The position numbers and the translations under genes are program-made. Below the pieces are notes generated by a model. The model was not told where the DNA came from, made no database searches, and saw nothing but the letters and a program-made list of their open reading frames with translations. From Eledone cirrhosa (lineage: Eukaryota): 64,000 nucleotides of DNA. Shown here one piece after another: positions 27,471 to 39,514 of this stretch (position 1 is its first letter; every line of letters starts with the position of its first letter). Location: contig OZ024743.1 of the NCBI GenBank assembly GCA_964016885.1, positions 68,200,001 to 68,264,000 of the forward strand, written 5' to 3'.

Positions 27471-27475
<5 letters not shown>
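24622..27475 (-). mobile_element. 5'-truncated Neptune-like PLE with ~900-bp inverted pLTRs containing (CA)n tracts
   Basis: 25804-26470 encodes LPYISTHNPLNNEAFDTI..PNCGIC..YIGQT..MTVHRSQIK, homologous to 4450-5100. 24622-25540 is the reverse complement of 26480-27475. Confidence 0.88.
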
Positions 27476-27524
<49 letters not shown>

Positions 27525-27527
<3 letters not shown>

Positions 27528-27975
27528 ATTAAATAAATGGAAAACTATATTTATAAAACCATATTTATTTCATTATATATATTTCGGGGATATCATATTA
27601 ACAATATGCTATGCCTTCATGAGACAAAATACAATATAAACAGTTTTATAGATAAATATATTCGACATACCGTAATAAACATCAACTTCATTTGAAGAGG
27701 TTTACGCTAGCAGTAAATGAAGTTGATGTTTATTACGGTATGTCGAATATATTTATCTATAAAACTGTTTATATTGTATTTTGTCTGATGAAGGCATAGC
27801 ATATTGTTAATATGATATCCCCGAAATATATATAATGAAATAAATATGGTTTTATAAATATAGTTTTCCATTTATTTAATATTGTAAATATACTCCAAAT
27901 ATTTGTCGAGTGCTTTTATATCAGTTATAAATATTTACCAGTTGTAACCCAACAATTTTAAATATAACTTTACAT
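27525..27975. mobile_element. Palindromic pair of pLTR ends of the 19.4-24.6 kb Penelope family
   Basis: 27525-27700 is the reverse complement of 27715-27885. HHR at 27777-27842 (+, CTGATGA) and ~27568-27633 (-, CTCATGA). Confidence 0.88.
27777..27842 (+). ncRNA. Type I hammerhead ribozyme
   Basis: tattttgt-CTGATGA-aggcatagcatatt gtt aatatgatatcccc-GAAA-tatata-TA-atgaaata. Confidence 0.8.
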
Positions 27976-29643
27976 ATATATATATATATATATATTTACA
28001 CTGAGGGCTTGCTATGTTACCTTCTGCCTAATTAGACCCACTGGGACATAATCAACACGAGGCTATAATTTCATTATATCAATTGGTTATAATCTTATGG
28101 TCCTCTCCTCTACTTTAATTTTATCGCCACCGTAATGATCAAATTTCCGTAATTATATGCGTTGGTGCATATTATCTGACACTCTAACAATTCTGACTAT
28201 GCAGCCCCATATATAAACAATCAGATGATATAAATTATTCTATATTGGATGTGGCTATGCGAGTCCATCAAATCAAACTTAACTATACAATGACTATTGA
28301 CATCCGGCTACGTTTCCTTCGTTACAATCAACTTTAGAACTAGACTCAAAACCGTAGACAAACCTCTGAATTTGATGCTACGATTTATTCCCCACTTCAA
28401 TTCGCTTGTTAAAATATTCTATTAAACTTGCCAAATACAGTTTACATTGTAATTATCAGCGCCTTGAAGGAGAAAAAGAATGTTCACTATATTACTCGCC
28501 ATATATATTTCTCCACTGCTGGACTAGACACACACACCTCGTTCTTATTTCTGCTAGTCACATACTAATTGATGTCGCCAATATAATTACACTTAAGTTT
28601 GAGTTATTCTAGCTTTCTGCCAGCTATGGTTGCGATAATTGTGTCACTATTTCTTGCCCTCAGCTAATAACATTTACAATACAATAATTAGAAATCTGTT
28701 ATACCAACCTATTATAAAACAAGACGGCGAGAATAAAAAAAGTTTGTTGTTTTCATTCAATATCACGTAACTTCCTCCACCTCTCTCTCTTTATCAGTGT
28801 CCTAACACCAAATATTACCTTCAAAGTTTTATCACTACAATGTTTTGAGTGGCTCAGTGTGTTTTATGCATTCTTGTATTTCTGGTTACATTTGATCATT
28901 CCTAATATATATATATATATATATATATTGTCTATTCTGATAATTTTTCTTTCTAATTTCACGTCGCAGAGTATTTTCTTCTCTAATTTCTAACATATGT
29001 CTCTCCATTTCTTCACAATTTTCTACATAGATAAAACCTCGTCCAACAGTCGTTCGTTTTATCTACAGTTTATCTAAAGCTGTTTTCATGTTCTTGTTTT
29101 TTTCCTGTTAAACATTATACATTGTCCGAACATATCATTTTTTTCCTGTCAATCTTTGGGTTTTACTGCTAATGATATTTGTACCCTATCTGATAATCGA
29201 GAGCGTGCGTGAGTTGTTAGCTGTGTTGATAGTTCTATTTACTGGGTTTGATTTATTATTGTTTTGTCCTTCCGGGCGTGGATTAGCAGAATTGATAGAG
29301 TGTCAGATAAAATATCCTTGCAACTGATAAAATAAACTACCAGTCAAATAATGGAGTCGATTTAATTGACGTTCCCTTCCTCTCAAATTCTTGACATTAT
29401 GCTTAAATTAGAAATTATATATTTTCTTATAAAGTATTTATTTTCCTTATTTTTTTGTTTGTTTTAATTAGTTACCACTAGCTTCTAAAACATTTAACTA
29501 ATTATGGCCAGTTTCTTTATCCATTTGTTTTATTCTTTAAACTGGAGGATGTCCGGTTCCTCCAATCGCGGCCAATTTACCTAATTTCACAGAAATATTA
29601 CCACATTCGTAAATTATGAATTCTATTATTATGACCCCACCAA

Positions 29644-29832
29644 GGGCGGTGGATTGGCAGTATCGGTAGAGGGTCGGACACCATGCTTTGCAGCAAAGAG
29701 TTACGGACCTTTATGGTCTGAGTAGTACAAATCCCGCCGAGGTTAACTTTGCCTTTCATCCTTACGGGGTCGATAACATAAAGTACCAGTAATACAATGG
29801 GATAATTGCTGGCCTCGTGCCAAAAGAAGAAA
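29644..29832 (+). mobile_element. OK-like tRNA-derived SINE, near full length
   Basis: ggcggtggattggcagtatcggtagag (A box region) ... caaatcccgccgaggttaactttgcctttcatccttacggggtcgat. Confidence 0.85.
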
Positions 29833-30062
29833 CAATTATTATGACCTCATTTAAAAATCTGAAAGTTCTCATCAAAGTATCAAATTGTTTTTGTGTTCTT
29901 ATCGAATATTTTAAAATAAGCCCTGATACTAGTAGTTGACGCATTGTTCCATTACCCTAGTATATATTCATATCAATAATACATAAGGACCCTAGATATA
30001 AATCTGATGATGAATACTAACAGTGAGTGGTTGTCTCTTTCAATGATTGTCATTATATTAGT

Positions 30063-30430
30063 AACTGGCAGTGTCAATAGTGCGTTGGAAAATATGCTCT
30101 GCAACATAGAGTTGTATCCCTTTAGGTTCTGAGTTCAAACTCAACCGAGGTTAGATTTACCTTTTATCCTTACTGGGTCTATGAAACAAAGCACCAGTAA
30201 TACACTGGGGTCGATTTAATCGGCATTCCCCTTCCCCCAAATTGCTGGCCTTGTGCCTATATAAGAAACCATTATAATTGCTATTGAGGGAGTTCAAACC
30301 GGTCGAGGTAATATTTGCCTTTCATCGTTCGGGGGTCGATAAATAAAGTACCAGTCTTTTAATAGGTTTCATTTAAACAACATTGCACTCCCTCACAAAT
30401 TACAGGATCGTGTGCCTAAATTAGAAATAC
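30063..30430 (+). mobile_element. Two degraded OK-like SINE copies
   Basis: gagttcaaactcaaccgaggtt...aaattgctggccttgtgcc and gagttcaaaccggtcgagg...tgtgcctaaattagaaa. Confidence 0.7.
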
Positions 30431-30451
30431 TTTCTTAAATCGTCGTCATCG

Positions 30452-30482
<31 letters not shown>

Positions 30483-30654
30483 CTTCTTCTTCTTCTTCTT
30501 CTCTGTTAAAATAACAATTGGAAGCTGACTTGGTGAAATGTTGTTGATGATGATGATTACTACGACATGGAGAGGAGTGGGAGTAGAAACATTTCTAGAT
30601 TGTGATAAAATATTGTAAAGGAAACTACGATGATTTAGTTGATGATAGTGAATG

Positions 30655-30658
30655 ACAA

Positions 30659-30709
<51 letters not shown>

Positions 30710-30736
30710 GTGACGATGATTATGACGATGATGATA

Positions 30737-30786
<50 letters not shown>

Positions 30787-30799
30787 GATGATGATGATG

Positions 30800-30830
<31 letters not shown>

Positions 30831-32305
30831 CGGGAAAAAAAGGATAAAGATGAAAATGATGATGTAGGAATTCACTGTGTAACTGTTAATGACGATGAAT
30901 TGCAAAAGATGATGGTGATAGTGATGATGACGATGGTGATAGTGATGATGGTGATGGTGATAGTGATGATGACGATGGTGATAGTGATGATGGTGATGGT
31001 GATAGTGATGATGACGATGGTGATAATGGTGATGACGATGGTGATAATGGTGATGACGATGGTGATAGTGATGATGACGATGGTGATAGTGATGGTGACG
31101 ATGGTGATAATGGTGATGACGATGGTGATAGTGCTGATGACGATGGTGATAATGGTGATGACGATGGTGATAGTGATGGTGACGATGGTGATAATGGTGA
31201 TGACGATGTTGATAGTGATGATGACGATGGTGATAATGATGATGACGATGGTGATAATGGTGATGACGATGGTGATAGTGATGGTGACGATGGTGATAAT
31301 GGTGATGACGATGGTGATAATGATGATGACGATGGTGATAGTGATGATGACGATGGTGATAATGGTGATGACGATGGTGATAATGATGATGACGATGGTG
31401 ATAGTGATGGTGACGATGGTGATAATGGTGATGACGATGGTGATAGTGATGATGACGATGGTGATAATGGTGATGACGATGGTGATAATGGTGATGACGA
31501 TGTTGATAGTGATGATGACGATGGTGATAATGATGATGACGATGGTGATAATGGTGATGACGATGTTGATAGTGATGATGACGATGGTGATAGTGATGGT
31601 GACGATGGTGATAATGGTGATGACGATGGTGATAGTGATGATGACGATGGTGATAGTGCTGATGACGATGGTGATAATGGTGATGACGATGGTGATAATG
31701 ATGATGACGATGGTGATAGTGATGATGACGATGGTGATAATGGTGATGACGATGGTGATAATGATGATGACGATGGTGATAGTGATGGTGACGATGGTGA
31801 TAATGGTGATGACGATGGTGATAGTGATGATGACGATGGTGATAGTGCTGATGACGATGGTGATAATGGTGATGACGATGGTGATAGTGATGGTGACGAT
31901 GGTGATAATGATGGTGACGATGGTGATAATGATGATGACGATGGTGATAATGGTGATGACGATGGTGATAGTGATGATGACGATGGTGATAGTGATGGTG
32001 ACGATGGTGATAATGATGATGACGATGGTGATAATGGTGATGACGATGGTGATAGTGATGGTGACGATGGTGATAATGGTGATGACGATGGTGATAATGA
32101 TGATGACGATGGTGATAGTGATGGTGACGATGGTGATAATGATGGTGACGATGGTGATAGTGATGGTGACGATGGTGATAATGGTGATGACGATGGTGAT
32201 AATGGTGATGATGATGGTGATAGTGATGACGACAAAGAAGACGATGAGAATGACTATGTTGAAGATGATGATGGTGATGGGGACGATGTTGATTATGATG
32301 ACAAC

Positions 32306-32339
<34 letters not shown>

Positions 32340-33337
32340 ATGATGGTGATGGTGATGAGGGTGATGACGATGATGATGGTGATGGTGATGAGAGTGATGA
32401 CGATGGTGATGGTGATGGTGATGAGGGTGATGACGATGGTGATGGTGATGGTGATGAGGGTGATGACGATGGTGATGGTGATGGTGATGAGGGTGATGAC
32501 GATGGTGATGGTGATGGTGATGAGGGTGATGACGATGGTGATGGTGATGAGGGTGATGACGATGATGATGGTGATGGTGATGAGGGTGATGACGATGGTG
32601 ATTATGATGGTGATGAGGGTGATGACGATGATGATGGTGATGGTGATGAGGGTGATGACGATGGTGATGGTGATGGTGATGGTGATGAGGGTGATGACGA
32701 TGGTGATGGTGATGGTGATGAGGGTGATGACGATGGTAATGATGATGAGGGTGATGACGATGATGATGGTGATGGTGATGAGGGTGATGACGATGGTTAT
32801 GGTGATGGTGATGAGGGTGATGACGATGATGATGGTGATGAGGGTGATGACGATGGTGATGGTGATGGTGATGAGGGTGATGACGATGGTGATGGTGATG
32901 GTGATGAGGGTGATGACGATGGTGATGGTGATGAGGGTGATGACGATGATGATGGTGATGGGGGTGATGACGATGGTGATGAGGGTGATGACGATGGTGA
33001 TGGTGATGAGGGTGATGACGATGGTGATGGTGATGGTGATGAGGGTGATGACGATGGTGATGAGGGTGATGACGATGGTGATGGTGATGAGGGTGATGAC
33101 GATGGTGATGGTGATGAGGGTGATGACGATGGTGATAATGTCTTTGATTATGACGACGCTATTATTGATGATGACGATGAAGATGGAGATGATGATGATG
33201 ATGATCATCATCATCCTGATGATAGTGATCATACAGCAGCTACTCGTGGTAGTGACGTTGTTCGTGATGCTGGCATTTGTGCTGGTGATGTTTGTAGTGG
33301 CGTAGTTGGAGCTGGTGACGACGATGATCATGAATAA
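30655..33337 (+). repeat. GAT-based compound minisatellite: (GAT)n, a 21-bp array and a 21-39-bp array
   Basis: 21-bp unit gacgatggtgat[agt/aat][gat/ggt][gat/ggt] over ~30910-32230; unit gagggtgatgacgat(ggtgat)1-4 over ~32340-33140. Confidence 0.95.
30899..33337 (+). other. Stop-free Asp/Gly/Ser-rich reading frame (~812 codons, no ATG); possible acidic-protein exon
   Basis: Frame starting gca aaa gat gat ggt gat agt runs to gaa TAA (33335-33337): (DDGD[S/N][D/G][D/G])n, DKEDDENDYVED, (EGDDD(GD)n), NVFDYDDAII..HHHPDDSDH..DDDDHE*. Confidence 0.25.
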
Positions 33338-33710
33338 GACGCGGATGATGATGTTGAAGATTCTGGTGATGATAGAAGAAGAAGAAGAAGAAGAAGAAGA
33401 AGAAGAAGAAGAAGAAGAAGAAGAAGAAGAAGAAGAAGAAGAAGAAGAAGAAGAAGGGGGTGGAGAAAGAGGAGATGAAGTGGAGGAGTGTGAAAGAATA
33501 AAATAACTCTGTTAATTTAAAAGATCAATTGATTAATTAACTAACCCTTGTTAATCTGCGGCAAAGAACAAAGAACTCATTTACCATTTTCTTTGATGTG
33601 ATTGAACTATACCAACTGATTTGATGTTTCTTCTTATATTGACTTATCTTTCTATCTCTCAATCTATCTATCTATCTCTCTACCTATAGCTCTCTTTATC
33701 CCCTCTCTCT

Positions 33711-33822
<112 letters not shown>

Positions 33823-33869
33823 GTATATACATATATATATATGTATATGTATATATATGTATATATATT

Positions 33870-34720
<851 letters not shown>

Positions 34721-34827
34721 ACAAAAAGAAACACACGCACCAGTTGTTTCACTTCAATTTATTATATTAAATTTATAAATTTCCGGTTGGTTGGTTGGTT
34801 CCACAACCAGATGATTGTTTATATATT

Positions 34828-34870
34828 GTCAAAGTTCTTTCGTCACACATTCTGTGACCTCTTCAGTGAC
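34828..34870 (-). ncRNA. Minimal type I hammerhead ribozyme
   Basis: Reverse complement: gtca-CTGAAGA-g gtcaca gaatg tgtgac-GAAA-gaac-TT-tgac. Confidence 0.75.
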
Positions 34871-35494
34871 TGGGATTCTTTTCTTTTTTTTCTTTTTGTA
34901 CTCTCCTTTGTTCTGTCCTACGCCATCTTGTTTTAGTGTGTGTGCTGTGTGCTTAGTTTGCGCATGTGTTACATCCGTGTGTCTGTGTGTGTTTATATTC
35001 GTTTATTAAAAATATAGTGTACATAGGTGAGACAGCTCGTAGTATAGGGGAACGGATAAATGAACACTCGCGAGACCTTCAAGATAGTAAAGAATCATCC
35101 GTACTCTAACAACATGCTAAAATAGAACGTAAGGGTAAATTAGAGAACATAGAAATAAAAATAGAATCTACACACAGAAAAGACGCAAAGTTTAGACAAA
35201 TCACAGAGGCAATAAACATAAATGAACTCCAACCAAAATTAAATAGAAAACATGAATGGAACAGCAACATTACAACTTACAATTAAGGACAAAATTAAAA
35301 CACACACGCACATCGAACAAACAACCAACCAGTAACATGTAAATAAACAAATAAACAAACGAATATAAACACACAGAGACACCCAGATGTAAAACATGCG
35401 CAAACTAAGCACACAACACACACACAAAAATAAGATGGCGTAGGACAGAACAAAGGAGAGGCACAAAACCAAACAAAAAAGAAAATAATCCAGA

Positions 35495-35537
35495 GTCACT
35501 GAAGAGGTCACATAATGTGTGACGAAAGAACTTTGGC
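35495..35537 (+). ncRNA. Minimal type I hammerhead ribozyme
   Basis: gtca-CTGAAGA-g gtcaca taatg tgtgac-GAAA-gaac-TT-tggc. Confidence 0.75.
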
Positions 35538-35790
35538 AATATATAAACAATCATCTGGTTGTGAAACCAACCAACCAACCGGAAATTTATAAATTCCTAA
35601 ATTTATTAATTTATTATAATAAATTGAAGTGAAAGCAGCTGGTGCGTGTGTTTTTTATTGGCAACATCACCATCCCAAAGTATAACAATATCGGTTTCAA
35701 CACACGTTTTCAGATAAAGATTATTGCTAAACAAATTCAGAAACGAAATATCTATATCTACATATATATATATATGTATTTATATATATC

Positions 35791-35929
<139 letters not shown>

Positions 35930-36151
35930 GTGTAAATATCAGTATGTACACGTACATACATATTGGTATACAGACGTACAGTAGTATGTATATACATACA
36001 TACATACACACATATATATGTATATGTACGTATGGGTTTACCGACATTTTTTATAATGCGCGGTTTGATTGTAAACAAACAGCCCGAATTGTTAGCTGTA
36101 CAGTGTTCGGCAACCATCGTTGACCTTTTGTTCAACACTGACACAGAAACG

Positions 36152-36188
36152 ATGAACTAGTTTCTAGCTTATTAGCTGTCATCAGCAC
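36152..36188 (-). ncRNA. Minimal type I hammerhead ribozyme
   Basis: Reverse complement: gtg-CTGATGA-cagct aata agcta-GAAA-ctag-TT-cat. Confidence 0.65.
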
Positions 36189-36814
36189 AGTATACCTTCC
36201 TGCCAGTCGATTGAACGTTTGAAAGTATATACTTTCCTCATGCATATTAACGACTGAGCAGCCTAATTTGCATATCGAGTGAGTTAGTCGGCCGGATGTA
36301 CCGAAAACGATAAATGGAAAAAATGAAATTTAATTTCTCACTCTTAGTAGGGGTGATACTTAAATATCAGTATGTACGCGTACATACATATATGAATACA
36401 GACGTACAGTAGTATGTATATACATACATACATGCACACATATATATATGTACGTATGGATTTATATGCGTGTAGTTATAATATGCTAGTAGTTATAATA
36501 CTACCTATATTTGAGGATTATACATCTCTATAACTATCCTCTTGAATTATAAATAAGCGCCTTACGAGAAGGACCGTGAAACGGAATTACAAACTGATAT
36601 TGGTCCAAAGAAAAAAATGCGGCTCGATCAGATTTGGTAAAACCATATTTATTCCGGCAACATTCAGATATCGAGATATTTAAACAAACCTTTTGATAAT
36701 CATTTATGTGAATGCATTTGTATGCAGTTATGTTATTTAAATATATTTCTTTCAGAATGTAAGTCTACATATGAATATATATAAATATATACATATATAT
36801 ATATATATATATAT

Positions 36815-37585
36815 TTGCTACGGACTGGTTCATGTACAGGTCAAATTTCGGCCTCACTCGATCTTGTGCTAGCTAGCAGATGACAATATATTTTGCCGTT
36901 CCTGGGACTTTAGCCCTAGGAAAGGAAAATACTCTCTGATGAACTTTACTTTTCCATTGGAAATCCCATGGATTTCCAATGTTTTGTGAAGGGAAACCGA
37001 TCGGTAAGAGCAACTGAGTAGGTAAATATTTAAATTATATTTTTTTATTTATTTTAAAAAATTGTTTGATTTTTGCTTGTTCTGCTTATCTCAATATTAT
37101 AGTTCTGGTATGTCAAATTAATACCATTGAACAACCCTGTATCATAGACAACCTATATATTTCCAGGGGTACTTAGTACCCGTGGACATATTAACTTCTT
37201 TTAATTTACTCCGTCATGTAGAGAACAAATCTGTTGTTCTATTTAGCTGCTATTTTTAGTAGTGTAGTAGACAACACGTCTATGTTTACTTCCGCTCTTG
37301 CTACGGACTGGTTCATTTACAGGTCAAATTTCGGCCTCACTCGATCTTGTGCTAGCTAGCAGATGGCAATATATTTTGCCGTTACTGGGACTTTAGCCTT
37401 AGGAAAGGAAAATACTCTCTAATGAACTTTACTTTTCCATTGGAAATCCCATGGATTTCCAATGTTTTGTGAAGGGAAACCGATCGGTAAGAACAACTGA
37501 GTAGGTAAATATTTAAATTATATTTTTTTATTTATTTTATAAAATTGTTTGATTTTTGCTTGTTCTGCATATCTCAATATATTAT
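36815..37585 (+). mobile_element. Retrozyme-like non-coding element: two ~285-bp direct repeats, each with an HHR, 483-bp period
   Basis: 36815-37098 repeats at 37298-37582. HHRs at 36932-37010 and 37415-37493. No ORF; flanked by (TA)n. Confidence 0.7.
36932..37010 (+). ncRNA. Type I hammerhead ribozyme
   Basis: ctct-CTGATGA-actttac..cattggaaatcc cat ggatttccaatg..gtgaagg-GAAA-ccgatcgg-TA-agag. Confidence 0.8.
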
Positions 37586-38047
37586 ATACATATATATATA
37601 TATCTTTTAATTGAAGGGTACCTATATGAGGTAATAACTCTATATTTTATTTGTATTTCGGCTCCTTGAATGGGTGAGCTTATAAATTGAGTGGGATAAG
37701 GCTATTATTTCTAGCATAACTACGCATACCACGTATAGCGTGCAGACAACGAGGAATATATCTTTGGTCCTCAAATTGCTGTTAGAGGTTTTCGTTTCAT
37801 TTGATCTATCTCTCATTGATGATAGCCTACAGATTATCTGTTACAAACACACTTTTTCAGGGCGAAACAGATCGCGTCTGAAATCTGTCCGAGAGATGAA
37901 ATGTTTTTGATAGGGTTAGTATAAAATTAATATATCATACTGTATGGTTAAGATTACATTTTAAAAACATTAGTGGTATCTTATACCACCATCGTAATTT
38001 TTGACACGAAATTTACTGTGTTTATTTATACATATATATTACTATAT

Positions 38048-38227
38048 AATTGTTTCTACTTTAGGCACAAGGCCAGAAATTACCCAGTGCATTACTGGTA
38101 CTTTATTTTATCGACCCCGAAAGGATATAAAGGCAAAGTCAACCTCGGCGGGATTTGAACTCAGATCGTAAAGGGACGTAACTATGCTGGAAAGCATGGC
38201 GTCCGACCCTCTACTGATTCTGCCAAA
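38048..38227 (-). mobile_element. OK-like SINE
   Basis: Family match to 43281-43459. Confidence 0.85.
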
Positions 38228-38285
38228 CTTTGAGCTTGTTTTAATTGCAGGTTACCTATATGAGTTAATAACTATATATTTTATT

Positions 38286-38326
<41 letters not shown>

Positions 38327-38534
38327 ATATACACACATAAGCCTATATACATATATGTCTCTATTTCTCTTACTTTCTCTTCTTATATATATATCACTAA
38401 GTATGTTCTGAAAACAGTGAGCGAGTTTGAAATTAGAAATATAATCTTTCAACGTATTTTTGACTAAAGAAATTTTTTTTTTTAGCCTGATAGTGTGGTT
38501 TAAAACCCTAAGAGAAATGGAAAAAGATGAGTAT

Positions 38535-38605
38535 TGACGTACATGGGAGTCGAACCCACATCTTTGGTTATCCAGACCACTCTGCTACCATTACATCAAC
38601 ACATC
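38535..38605 (-). tRNA. tRNA-like sequence (pseudo/atypical, anticodon GGA)
   Basis: Cloverleaf with A box (TGATGTAATGG) and B box (GGTTCGACTCC); T-run 9 nt downstream. Confidence 0.45.
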
Positions 38606-38796
38606 CCTCATCTCCTATCATTCAAATTAGAAATTACATTCTTAGCAAGTAAATGACGAGTAAGTATATTTTGAAAACTGTGAGCGAGTTTGAAATTAGA
38701 AACATAAACTTTCACCGTATTTTTGACTACAGCAATTGGTTTTTTAGCCTGAAAGTGGGGTTTAGAACGCTCAGAGAAATGGAAAAAGAAGAGTAT

Positions 38797-38867
38797 TGAT
38801 GTACATGGGGGTCGAACCCACATCTTTGGTTATCTAGACCACTGTGCTACCATTACACCAACACATC
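38797..38867 (-). tRNA. tRNA-like sequence (atypical, anticodon AGA, short variable loop)
   Basis: gatgtgt tg gtgt aatggta gcac a gtggt ctagata accaa agat gtggg ttcgacc cccat gtacatc a. Confidence 0.55.
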
Positions 38868-39058
38868 ACCCATCTCCTTCCATTCAAATTAGAATCTACA
38901 TTCTGAGCAAGTAAATGACGTGTAAGTATGTTTTGAAAACAGTGAGCGAGTTTGAAATTAGAAATATAAGCGTTCACCGTATTTCTGACTAAAGAAAATT
39001 TATTTTAGCCTGATAGTGGGGTTTAGAACCCTCAGAGAAATGGAAAAAAGATGAGTAT

Positions 39059-39129
39059 TGACGTACATTGGAGTCGAACCCACATCTTTGGTTATCTAGA
39101 CCACTGTTCTACCATTACACAAACACATC
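39059..39129 (-). tRNA. tRNA-like sequence (pseudo/atypical, anticodon AGA)
   Basis: Third copy with a few stem mismatches; T6 run downstream. Confidence 0.45.
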
Positions 39130-39424
39130 ACCCATCTCTTTCCATTCAAATTAGAGTAACTATGTTTTGAAAACAGTGAGCGAGTTTGAAATTAGAAATA
39201 TAAACGTTCACCGTATTTTTGACTAAAGAATTTTTTTGTTAGCCTCATAATGGGGTTTAGAACCCTCAGAGAAATGGAAAAAGATGAGTAACTCGATAAC
39301 CAAAGATGGCTTCGACTCCCTTGTACGTCAATACTCATCTTTTTCCATTTCTCTGAGGGTTCTAAACCCCACTATCAGGCTAAAAAAAAATGTTCTTTAG
39401 TCAAAAATACGGTGAAAGCTTATA

Positions 39425-39514
<90 letters not shown>

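Larger units (their letters stand above)
34734..35650 (+). mobile_element. 5'-truncated PLE (GIY-YIG fragment) with inverted pLTRs
   Basis: 35019-35260 encodes YIGETARSIGERINEH..QH..RQITEAINI..PKLNRKHEW. 34734-35008 is the reverse complement of 35356-35650. Confidence 0.85.
38397..39432 (-). repeat. 262-bp tandem array (3.5 units plus inverted partial unit) carrying tRNA-like genes
   Basis: Units start near 38397, 38661, 38923 and 39158; inverted partial copy at 39291-39432. Confidence 0.9.

Noticed and set aside
30872-33331. 801-aa Met/Val ORF (+) and 819-aa Ile/Thr and 449-aa Ser/Pro ORFs (-)
   Set aside because: Alternative-frame by-products of the GAT minisatellite; compositions are implausible as proteins.
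38825-38845. Amber-suppressor (CUA) reading of the tRNA-like anticodon loop
   Set aside because: Stem register (tggt/acca) places AGA, not CUA, at positions 34-36.
38397-39432. CRISPR-like array, or an HHR within the 262-bp unit
   Set aside because: Whole units repeat with no unique spacers, the context is eukaryotic, and the TTGAAAA and CTGATAG motifs lack a correctly placed GAAA and stem III.
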